Positions 1 through 9,700 of a stretch of DNA of 64,000 bases are shown here, piece after piece. The translations under genes were made by a program, and so were the position numbers. The DNA lies in IMG/VR virus record IMGVR_UViG_3300017917_002918, positions 1-64,000 of that record. One strand, given 5' to 3'. This DNA is from a virus. Numbering within the stretch: position 1 is the first letter of the stretch; each line of letters begins with the position of its first letter. The notes under the pieces are model-generated. The model saw nothing but the letters and a program-made list of their open reading frames with translations, had not been told where the DNA came from and searched no databases.

Positions 1-41
1 GCGAAAAATAAGTCTCTACCCTACTCTATTATGATTGTGAG

Positions 42-530
42 GTGAATATTTTGGATTTCAATTCAATTAGTGAGTTAGAGAAGTACTTGCTTGCACAAAT
101 CAAGAGTGCAATGGACAAAGAAGTTGCTGCGACAGTAAAGAAAGAACAAAGCAAACAAGTTAAACGGTATTATGACGAATTCGAACCTGATGCATATGAA
201 CGTAGAGGTGACAATAAGGGTTTGTCTGACGTTAGAAATATGAAGCATACTAAACCTAAAATTAATGGTACGCAAATAACCATGACAATAACAAATGATA
301 CAAGGGGTTATTCAAAATTTCATCCTTTTGGTGAGTCTGTAGAGAACCTTGCAGGAATTGTAGAAGAAGGTGGAAGCGCAAATTACAATTATCCATGGGG
401 CAGAAATGCAAAATACTTTTTAAAGCCTAGACCGTTTACAAGCAATACAGTTTATAAATTGATAGAGAATAATGAAATAATTAAAACATTAAAGTCAGCA
501 CTAGCAACACGAGGATTAATCGTTGAATAA
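42..530 (+). CDS. Putative tail/neck component (HK97 gp10-like)
   Basis: 162 aa ORF upstream of the tape measure gene, with a C-terminal 'L..I.E.G...PRPF' motif typical of gp10-like tail proteins. Confidence 0.5.
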   Translation: MNILDFNSISELEKYLLAQIKSAMDKEVAATVKKEQSKQVKRYYDEFEPDAYERRGDNKGLSDVRNMKHTKPKINGTQITMTITNDTRGYSKFHPFGESVENLAGIVEEGGSANYNYPWGRNAKYFLKPRPFTSNTVYKLIENNEIIKTLKSALATRGLIVE

Positions 531-1569
531 GAAAGTTGGTGAAATAATGAGCGAGATGAACGAGATTAACAAAAACATATTAAGAAAACCTGCTAAAAAA
601 GTAGATCCAATATCTAACGCTATGTGGAAACAAATCAATCCAGAAAACAGAGAGTTGGTTGAAGAATTTTTAAAAGTGAATAAACAATTAAGTTCTCAAT
701 CCGTAAAGCAATATATAACTTGTTTGCGTCAATTTTTCTACTATGTATATGAGAACTTAAAAGATAAAGTTTTCTATAAAATTACAAAACGTGACTTTAT
801 GAAGTATATGAGTTATTTGCAAGAAAGAGAGTTATCATCTAGTGCAATTGGAATTAAGAAGTCGGCGGTATCTAGTTTTTGTAACTATATCGAAAATGTT
901 GTTATGGATGATGTTGAAGAATATAAAGGATTTAGAAATTTCACTAGAGGTATGCCAGCAATAGCAAAGAACCAAACATATGAAAAAATAGCAATCAGTA
1001 AAGATGAATATGACATATTAATCGCAGAATTAGAGAAAAGAGAAGATTATTTAGGTTTAGCATGGGTGGCAACCGCTTTTAATGTTGGTAGTCGTAGAGC
1101 AGAAATTATTCAATTCAAAACTGAAATACTAAGTTACCCAATTCCAGAAAATCAAAACTATGTTCTTAGCCATATGGTTAGAGGTAAAGGTAAATCCGTT
1201 GACGGTAAGCCATTGCGTTATATGATAAATATGGATGCATTGAAGTATATGAAGTTATGGGTCGAGAAACGTGGATACGAAAGTGAATACATATTTACAG
1301 TGAAGTATTCAGGTCGAATCAAACATATTGGTACATCATGGGCAAATGACTTTTGTAAAAACACTCTCACACCGATTTTAGGTAGACGAATAAATCCTCA
1401 TTTATTTAAAGCATCTGCAATAACTTTTTTATTGGGTCAAGGTGTAGATTTAAAGATAGTTAGTAAATACGTTGCGCAACATAATGATACCTCCACTACC
1501 TCAAATTTCTATGATTTACGTGACTTTGAGGAAGAAAAAAATAATATATTTTCAAATCATAGTAATTAA
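523..1569 (+). CDS. Tyrosine recombinase within the tail module (similar position to SPbeta YomM)
   Basis: SAM-like N-terminal region; catalytic motifs GSRRAE, GKG, PHLFK, AQH and FY. Confidence 0.8.
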   Translation: MNKKVGEIMSEMNEINKNILRKPAKKVDPISNAMWKQINPENRELVEEFLKVNKQLSSQSVKQYITCLRQFFYYVYENLKDKVFYKITKRDFMKYMSYLQERELSSSAIGIKKSAVSSFCNYIENVVMDDVEEYKGFRNFTRGMPAIAKNQTYEKIAISKDEYDILIAELEKREDYLGLAWVATAFNVGSRRAEIIQFKTEILSYPIPENQNYVLSHMVRGKGKSVDGKPLRYMINMDALKYMKLWVEKRGYESEYIFTVKYSGRIKHIGTSWANDFCKNTLTPILGRRINPHLFKASAITFLLGQGVDLKIVSKYVAQHNDTSTTSNFYDLRDFEEEKNNIFSNHSN

Positions 1570-1658
1570 ATTATAATTTTATAAAAAATAAAAGGAATGT
1601 TTTATTTGGATCATTCCTTTGTTGTTTTATCCATAAACAGAGAGGAGTGATTATTACA

Positions 1659-3472
1659 ATGGCTGAAATACCAAACATTATTGTCGGTGTCAAACTGGAC
1701 ACTTCAAATATAGGTAAACAAGTAGAAGAAATTAGTAAGAAATTTGAAACGAAACCTATTAAGTTAGGTTTTGAATTTAAATTAACAAATGATAATATAA
1801 AACAACAAATGAAAGTCATACAAGACAAATTCGACAATGCAAAAATTAATACAAACATAACTGTTGGTATTAAAGTAGATAGTCGTATTGGCGATATAAA
1901 TAGACAAATTAACCAATTATCAAAACAAATAACCGAGCAATTAAGTGTTAAATTAAAAATAGATGCCAGTGATTTAAATATAATCACTGAAAAAACCAAG
2001 CGAGTCCAAGAACAAGTTCAAATTGCTATGTCACAAAAAAATGTAAAACAAACACCTATATCATATTCTTCTCGTGAATACGAAAGCAGTCTCTTGGGTA
2101 CAAAGAAATCAGATATAGACAAGGCTTTGGATGATGTAATTTCCTCATACAAAGGTAAATTAAGTGACATAAAAGTAAATTTAAATGAAAGCTTGGACAT
2201 TGGTTCAGTAGTTGTTAAATACAAAGATTCAACAGGTAAAATGATTCAAGAAACTATGAAATGGGTGGATGTTGTCGAAGGACAATCCAATAAAGCAAAA
2301 AAAGCATTCAAAACAGTAAGCACCCAAATTGTAGATGACATGAGAAAAGAAGAACAACAAAAAGAAGCAATTCGCAAAAGAGAAGAACAAGAACTTGCGT
2401 CAAGGCAGAAACGTATTGATAAGTTCAAAGATTCTACTTTAAACAGAATTAGTGAAATGGAATCAAAAGATTATAAATACGCTAATCAATTGCGATTTGT
2501 AACCCCAACGAGCCAAGGTAATGTCGAATTAAAAAAAATTAGAAGTGTTGTTGAGGCATTAAATGCATCTACCATATCTTCTAAACAATTCGATAAAGAA
2601 ATTAAAAATATAACAAATAGTATTGATAAGCTTGAAAATAAAGCAATTAAACTTTATAAAGAAATAGATCAAGAGGCTAAAAACGCCACTAGAGGTATAA
2701 AGGCAAGTTTTTCAATAACTCCATTGGGTGATTATAGTACTCCAGGGAAAAAAGCTGGTATACAAAATCCCGCCTCTTTTGAGAAATCAACGGAAGCCAC
2801 AAGAAAATATTTACAATTAATATCACAATTCTCAGGAAAAAAACTCGATTTTGGCATTTTTGAAAGTCAATTCTCTTCGAAACAAATGAAAGAGACTGGT
2901 CAATTGATGACTAACATTGGCGTAAGAGTTTGGCATACAAAAAAAAGATATGAAGATTTAACAGTAAGTTTAAATGATTCTGATAAGTCCTTTAGATATT
3001 TGTCAAAAAGTATAAAAAATGCAGGTTTAAAAGACTTAAACTTTTCAGGGCAATTTATTGAAAACTTAAAGAAATTCCCAATATGGCTAGGTACTGCAAC
3101 AATTGTTATGCAAGGGTTGGCGTTATTTAGAACGGGTGCACAATACATATATGAGATGGATAAAGCATTAACCGATTTGACTAAAGTTGTTGACTTGAGT
3201 ATACCACAAATGCATGAAATGACTAATGCTGCGGTTGCTATGGGTAACGCATACGGTAAATCATCTGTAGAGATAATGAAGTCTATGGCTGAGTTTGGTC
3301 GTGTAACAAAGAATACTGATGAGATTAAGAAATTAACTGAATCTGCTACATTAGCGTCAAATGTAACAACAATGACTGCTGACGTTGCAGCTAAAGCATT
3401 GAATACAACTATGATGGCATTTAAAATAAATGCTAAAGATTCGATGGGAATAGTTGACAAATGGAATGAGTT
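1659..3472 (+). CDS. Tail tape measure protein, exon 1
   Basis: Coiled-coil region followed by a TP901-type TMP core ending DKWNE; RBS GAGGAG precedes ATG 1659; the frame continues in exon 2 after intron removal. Confidence 0.85.
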
Positions 3473-3740
3473 AAAGTTCTCCATAAGTGACTCCTTATAC
3501 AGTAATGTATATGTAAAATGCTAGAGTATCGGAAAAACTCTGTTATTATACAGACAATTCCGAGGTAAACCCTTATTCAAGGGAAACCGTAACGACTGCA
3601 ATTAGCTACCCTACAAAAGAGGGTAAAGGTACAGTCTGAACATCGTAAGCGATTACGAGAAACGGCAGAAATGACCGTTCGCCATAGTACATATGGTCTG
3701 TAACTTAAATTACATATTTAGGTGAAAGTAACAGAATTTG
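3473..3740 (+). ncRNA. Group I intron 1 in the tape measure gene (no ORF)
   Basis: P7 GACTG 3594-3598 pairs with CAGTC 3632-3636; P4-type TCGGAA/TTCCGA; terminal G3740. Removal gives DKWNEL|QNNYRVSSEDLA. The 5' site is uncertain by about 1 nt because P1 is imperfect. Confidence 0.85.
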
Positions 3741-3901
3741 GCAAAACAACTATAGGGTCTCAAGCGAAGATTTAGCAGATTCAATAGGTATTACAGGTAA
3801 CGTTGCACAACAAACTGGAATGTCATTTGAAAAATTAAATGCCATCACAACTGCAATGATCGCAACTACGGGAGCTACGGGAAGTGAAGCGGGAACGGCA
3901 T
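3741..3901 (+). CDS. Tail tape measure protein, exon 2
   Basis: Reads QNNYRVSSEDLADSIGITGNVAQQTGMSFEKLNAITTAMIATTGATGSEAGTA, a typical TMP core; missing from the ORF track. Confidence 0.9.
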
Positions 3902-4203
3902 ATTTCTGTGCCATAACAGCATAATACATAAACTGTTATTCAAAATTTATTCTAATATACGGTGAAACCCTAGCGATAGGCAACACCTTCCAATTTTTAA
4001 TGTTAATTAAAAAGGGAACAACGACTGAACGAATAAACCACATTTATGATGTGGATGCGACAGTCTGAACTTACGCTATAATCTAAAAATGAAACGTAAG
4101 AGTTAGAGTCAAGTGTAACCAGACACTTATTGAAGAACTCTAACCGCCATGTAGCAATATATGGTCAGTAGTCTAATGTAAATTAGATGAAAGTAACAGA
4201 ATG
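3902..4203 (+). ncRNA. Group I intron 2 in the tape measure gene (no ORF)
   Basis: P1 GGCAU/GUGCC with U.G at the splice site; P3 TTTATTC/GAATAAA; P7 GACTG 4023-4027 / CAGTC 4061-4065; terminal G4203. Removal gives GTAL|KSTLSRL. Confidence 0.92.
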
Positions 4204-4415
4204 TAAAATCAACACTTTCAAGACTTTTCCGTATTGGCGAAGAAGGGGCAGACGATGCAGGTAAATCGGAAGAAGCTTTAAACAAACTAGGCATATCTGT
4301 CAGAAAAAACGCAACAGAGTTTCGTAATGCTTCTGACATAGTAGATGATTTGGCTAAAAGATTCAAAACTATGACATCTGTTGAACAAATAGCAATAGCA
4401 CAACAACTTGCGGGT
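4204..4415 (+). CDS. Tail tape measure protein, exon 3
   Basis: Reads (L)KSTLSRLFRIGEEGADDAGKSEEALNKLGISVRK...IAIAQQLAG, in frame with exons 2 and 4. Confidence 0.9.
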
Positions 4416-5062
4416 TAATAATATGGCTCGAAAATACAGTAATGTATCGTTGAAGTTGGCTTTTATCGGGAAACACGTAGACATACGCAATTCCGAGGAT
4501 AAGACTTGATGAATAATCAAGAATCCGTAACGAGTCAGTGATTGTAACAGCAATGTTATGATCCACGCCAACCCCCTATATAATAGGGAGTGACCAATAT
4601 TTGCTAATTATATGGTCAAATATACTCATATATAAGCAAACGTAAAGCTCCGCATATAGAGAAATCTGTATGTAGAAATAGATGACGTATAACAATCTAT
4701 TCAATATCTCAACAACTGCTGGCAATCCCTAAAGCTAACTAAACCACAACGTAAGTATGAAACAAGACTAAGCGTGAGGGTGACGAAAGTAGAAAAAATT
4801 AGTTAGATAGTGCATGGTTAAATCCTAAACACTGTAATAATGGGTCTTCAGCAACATATGTCCGAACAGGATACTGCTCAACGACTATCCCTCTTGAGGG
4901 GAGTAGAGTCAAGCGACTCGAAATGAGAGACTCCAGAAATGGATGATGATATAGTCTGTGCTCATATGAAAGTATGAGAAGTTCATAAGAGAACTGGTGT
5001 AGATTAGCGACCTACATTGAACACGCTAAAAATATATCAAATGTGTATATTTTTATTTATTC

Positions 5063-5092
5063 AAAAAACATCAAGAATTATTCTTGATGTTT
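5063..5092 (-). terminator. Intrinsic terminator of the RHH transcript
   Basis: Inverted repeat ACATCAAGAA/TTCTTGATGT; a U-run follows only on the minus strand. Confidence 0.6.
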
Positions 5093-5236
5093 GGATGCAA
5101 AGTCTTTAAGAACAGTAATTATTAAATTATTAAAACTTCGATTTTGCTCTTTAGCTATTTGTTCTAATTGTTGTTTTAGTTCTTTTGAAATTGTAATATT
5201 GGTGCGTGTGTTGTGTTCAGCTACATTACCTGCCAT
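5078..5236 (-). CDS. Ribbon-helix-helix (Arc/CopG-like) protein, 52 aa, inside the IStron
   Basis: MAGNVAEHNTRTNITISKELKQQLEQIAKEQNRSFNNLIITVLKDF...; RBS AAGGAGG; upstream TTGACT-17-TATAAT on the minus strand; below the ORF-track cutoff. Confidence 0.8.
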   Translation of the reverse strand: MAGNVAEHNTRTNITISKELKQQLEQIAKEQNRSFNNLIITVLKDFASKHQE

Positions 5237-5302
5237 AACAATCCCTCCTTTTAAAATTATTATATCATATTAACACATTGTAGTCAATTAGATCCCAAAC
5301 TA

Positions 5303-5334
5303 TTGACAAACTGATTACAGTATGGTATGATAAT
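5303..5334 (+). promoter_or_regulatory. SigA-type promoter of tnpB, divergent from the RHH promoter
   Basis: TTGACA at 5303 followed by TGGTATGATAAT. Confidence 0.65.
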
Positions 5335-5357
5335 GTTAGAAAGTGAGGTGAGAAAAT

Positions 5358-6509
5358 ATGATTAAAGGAATCACAATTAGACTACACCCAGATGAAAAAC
5401 AAGAACAATTATTATGGAAACATGTTAACTGTGCTAGATTTGTTTGGAATTATGGTTTGCGATTACAACAAGAAAGATTCAAAAATAAGGAAAAACATCT
5501 AAGTGGATATGATTTGAGAAAAGAAATTATAGCCTTGAAGAAAACAGATGATTTTATATGGCTAAATGAGATTTCAAGTCATACAACATTTAATATTTGC
5601 TTAGACTTAGATGGTGCTTATGGTAGATTTTTCAAAAAGGTAACTGGCAAACCAAAATTCAAAAAGAAAAACAGGTGCAAAAATAGTTTCCCAGTAAGAC
5701 AAGATAATTTGTATTTTAAAAATAATTGTGCTGTAGTTGAAAAAATCGGTAAAATCAAATATCAATCGGACTATAAAATACCACAAGGCAGGTTTGTTTA
5801 TAAGTTTAGTAATCCAAGAATTAAGTTTGAGAACAACAAATGGATTATGACGATTGGTATGGAGTACGAGAACCAAGTACATAATTTAACCGATAAGAAA
5901 ATGGGAATAGATTTAGGAGTAAAAGAATTAGCTGTAGTATCCTTTGGAACTGAAAATATAGTTTTTAAAAATATCAATAAGACAAAGAGAGTTAAAACCT
6001 TAAAACATAAACTTAAACATCTACAGAAAGATGTTAATAGAAAATATGAAACCAATAATAAAAACAAGGTTTATGATAAAAAGTGGTCTAAGTCTAATGG
6101 TATAAAAAAACTAGAAAATCAGATAAAGGATATACATTGTAAACTATCAAATATTCGTAAGAACCACATTCATCAAAGCACTAATAGTCTCGTCAAGTTA
6201 TTGCCATATAAGATAACAATGGAAGACTTAAATATTAGTGGAATGATGAAAAACAGGCATCTATCTAAAGCAATAGCAGAACAATGTTTATATGAGTTCA
6301 CAAGACAAATTAAATATAAATGTGAATTTAATGGTATAGAATTTGTGCAAGTAGACAGATTTTATCCATCAAGTAAAACATGCTCTTGTTGTGGAAGCTT
6401 AAAGAAGGACTTAAAGCTAAAAGATAGAGTTTATAAGTGCAATTGTGGATTAGAAATTGATAGAGATTATAATGCGGCTATTAATTTAATGAATTATTCA
6501 AACGTTTGA
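5358..6509 (+). CDS. tnpB: TnpB RNA-guided endonuclease (IS607/IS605 OrfB)
   Basis: N-terminal HTH (IRLHP..EQ..L...ARFVWN); RuvC motifs GIDLG, MEDL and DRDYNAA; Zn finger CSCCG..CNCG; catalytic D/E/D intact. Confidence 0.95.
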   Translation: MIKGITIRLHPDEKQEQLLWKHVNCARFVWNYGLRLQQERFKNKEKHLSGYDLRKEIIALKKTDDFIWLNEISSHTTFNICLDLDGAYGRFFKKVTGKPKFKKKNRCKNSFPVRQDNLYFKNNCAVVEKIGKIKYQSDYKIPQGRFVYKFSNPRIKFENNKWIMTIGMEYENQVHNLTDKKMGIDLGVKELAVVSFGTENIVFKNINKTKRVKTLKHKLKHLQKDVNRKYETNNKNKVYDKKWSKSNGIKKLENQIKDIHCKLSNIRKNHIHQSTNSLVKLLPYKITMEDLNISGMMKNRHLSKAIAEQCLYEFTRQIKYKCEFNGIEFVQVDRFYPSSKTCSCCGSLKKDLKLKDRVYKCNCGLEIDRDYNAAINLMNYSNV

Positions 6510-6680
6510 AATATTGAGAGACGTTTGTCTTAGGGAAATTGGTGTATCCTTGAATGTTGCGGAGTGTTATATCAAATGAAAGTAGGTTTAACCGAAATCA
6601 GACACTATGAAACAACGAATAAATAAAAATGTACCCAAATGTGTATATTTTTAGCATCAGAAGATGGACTCTGAACTACA
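6510..6680 (+). ncRNA. Putative omegaRNA: element right end plus a guide from the flanking outer-intron sequence
   Basis: About 150 nt between the tnpB stop and the element end at 6660; by the established TnpB rule the guide is the 3' flank AAGATGGACTCTGAAC... Confidence 0.6.
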
Positions 6681-6779
6681 CTATAATGTAAACAAGAAGG
6701 TGTAGAAGTGGCAGAAATGACCACTCGCCATAATGCTTATGGTCTGTAACTTTGGTAACAAAGTGAAAGTAACAGAATG

Positions 6780-9700
6780 ACATACCATTACTCCAAGCTA
6801 ATCGGTGTACTTAACAATTATGATGTTGCACTAGAAGCAAATAAAATGCAATTACACTCACAAGGTTCTGCTTATTCCGAGAACCAGAAAAGAATGGATT
6901 CATTTGAGGGCAGGTTGGGAAAACTTAAAACAACTGTAGAAAGTTTCTGGAATTCTTCTATTAATTCAGACCTATTCAAAGGCATGATTTCTGGTTTAAC
7001 TGTTTTAATAGATAAGTTCGGTAATCTTGGGACTGTGTTATCGTTGATAGGCACTGGTTTAGCTCTTTGGAAAGGAAATGAAATTTTAAGTTTCTTCAAA
7101 ACCCTTCCTGCTTCAATTTCAACATCTATTAAAGAGATGACATTGTTTAAAAACATTGCTCTTGCCATGGAATTACGAGAATTGGGATTATTGACAACCA
7201 CTCAGCTATTAAGTAGTAGTTTCAAAGCTTTAGGTATTTCTATAAAAAATGCATTCTTATCTAATCCATTAGGCTGGATTGCAATGGGTTTTACGGCTGT
7301 TACAATGGCAGTGGATATGTTTGGTCAAAAAGCTGAAGAATCTAAGCAACAAATCAAGGATAGTATAGAAGCATATAAATCACTAAATACCGAAGTAGAT
7401 TCGCTTACTGCAACATACATAGAGATTGGAGATAAGTGGAAGACTGATAATGACGAAAAGAAAAAATTAATTGAAACAGAGACTAGACTCAAAGAGATAT
7501 TCGGAGAATCTGCAAAAGCATTAAATTTACAGACCGGAACAGTTGATGATAATATAAAGAAGTTTAAAGAACTAAAAGCGATTAAAGATGCTGAATTTTT
7601 GTTAGAAAACAAAACAAAAATAAACAATGCGAAAGATAGACTTTCGAGCTACAAGTCTGAGAGCTTTTTCTCGGATTCTCCAGCCGACACTTTGAATTTA
7701 GCTCCCGAGTTGTTAGGAAAAATATTTGCGGGCAATCCAAAACAAGTTTTAGCTCAATTAGAATCAGAATTAGCGTTGTTGGGAAAGAGACTTGACGAAG
7801 TTAAAGCAAAGGGAACTCCATTCGATGTGAACCAATACTCGTATTCTTTTGACTTAGTTAATGCCAAAATAAAAGAATATAAAGAAAATATCAAACCTGA
7901 TACCGATTTACTGGAACAGGCAGATCAAAAAGAAAAAGCTATTGCAGAAACTAAAATACTAAATCTTGATAAATTAAATGAAAAACAAACAGCAGTATAT
8001 ACTAATTTAAAAAATTTTGTAAAGTATAGTAATGCAGATCAATATCAAAAAGACTTACAACAAGTTCAGGTTATACTCTCTAGTTTTGATGGTAAAAATG
8101 TAGCAGAGGTTGAGCAACAACTTAGAGCAATAGCAAACTTACCAAATAAAGACATAGAAACAGTAATGAAATCTCTTGCCGATGGTACTTATAAATCTGG
8201 TAAATCTGCCGAAGAATCAAAAAAGGCAGAAGAAGAATTAAATAAAACAATATCAAATTCAATTAACAACATACAAACATTAAACTCTGCGCAGGATGAA
8301 TTAAATGAGAATCATAAGTTATCTACACAAACATTAGAATCAGTTGCAAATAAGTACCCTGAACTGTTGGCTTATATGAATGACGAAGTTCTGATGAGTC
8401 AAAAAATCCAAGAAAAAATAAAACAAGAAAAAGATGATTATGTTGATGCTAGTTATAAAAAAATAGAATCTAACCAAAGTTTTTTTGATAATGTCATCAA
8501 AAACGACAAAGAACTGTGGAGTACTTTAAGTGATGCTTATGGGGATGATTTAAAAAACTTTAAGTCATTAGAGGATGCAAAATTAGAGATAGATAACGAA
8601 ATATCTGCACAAATACTTACTAATTGGATGCAATTAGATGCAACGACAAAAGAAATAATGAGAACCAACATTGACCTGTTGGGGGAAGCGTTAGGATCAG
8701 ATGTCCCTAATGGGCAAGATTCATACGATTTGGCAATGAAAGCATCTACTGGAATGATGAAGGCTGGAGCAACAGAAGATGATGTCGCAAAGGCTGTCGA
8801 TAGTGGAGCTGCTTTAAAAGTAAATAAAATGAAAAAGGCACTCGATACCGCTAAAGCAAAAACAGATGAAATTTTTAGAAATGCTAATTTTGGAGACGGT
8901 AGAAAAAGTAGTGGTTCTACTAGTGCTGGTTCTTCTTCCCCAGCCATCAATGAAGAGGTATACAAAGTAGAAAAAGACCGTTACATGGGTTTAAATCAAG
9001 TTTTAACCTCAGTTAATAATTCGTTAGAAAAGAATCAAGCATTACAGAAAAATGCTACTATTGAAGAACGCGTTAAGTTAATAGCAGAAGAAATTGAACT
9101 GCTACGACAAAAACGCAAAGCTATTAATGACATTGCATGGGAACAAAGTCAGGAAGCAAAAGAGAAAAAGGCTTACCTTGAAAAGAATAATGTTAAATTT
9201 GATCAAAACGGTAACATTGACAAGGCATCCTACGACAGTGTAATTGACTCTATAGCCAACAACACAGAATCAATGAAACGTAAGGGTAATGCTACAAAAA
9301 TTGCTGAAAATAATCAACTCTTGAAAAATCTAGAACAGGCTAATAAAGATTACTTGAGTGCTACTGCTAATGCTGCAAAGAGTATCAATGAACGTGAAAG
9401 TTTAACTGGTGATATATTCGCTAAGCAAAATGATAAGACTAAAGCCGAGATAGAATCCGTACTTGCACCACTAGGGGAACACTTAACTGATTTGAATGAT
9501 CAGTTAACAGGACTGCAAAGTAAATATGATCTATTGGGTGAAAGTGAATTCGATTCAAAGATTGAGAATATTAATAAGCAAATAGTTAATCAAAAACTTG
9601 CATTAATTGATACTGATAAAGCGTTGTCTGAGCTAAGAGCTAAATACAATAAACAAGATACCAATGCCATTGAAAAAAAGGAAATACTAAAAGAAATTGT

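Larger units (their letters stand above)
4592..6660 (+). mobile_element. Nested IStron: group I ribozyme fused to a transposase-less, probably IS607-type tnpB element
   Basis: Own P1 (GGAGU 4587-4591 / GCUCC 4647-4651), P4 TGCTG/CAGCA and P7 GACTAT 4883-4888 / ATAGTC 4951-4956; followed by RHH gene and tnpB; right end ...TATTTTTAGCATCAG ends in G. Confidence 0.8.
4416..6779 (+). ncRNA. Group I intron 3 (outer intron of a twintron) in the tape measure gene
   Basis: P1 CGGGU/GCUCG; P3 GTTGGC 4455-4460 / GCCAAC 4567-4572; P7 GAGTC 4532-4536 pairs with GACTC 6667-6671; 3' end shared with introns 1 and 2 (GAAAGTAACAGAATG). Removal gives QLAG|TYHYSKL. Confidence 0.9.
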
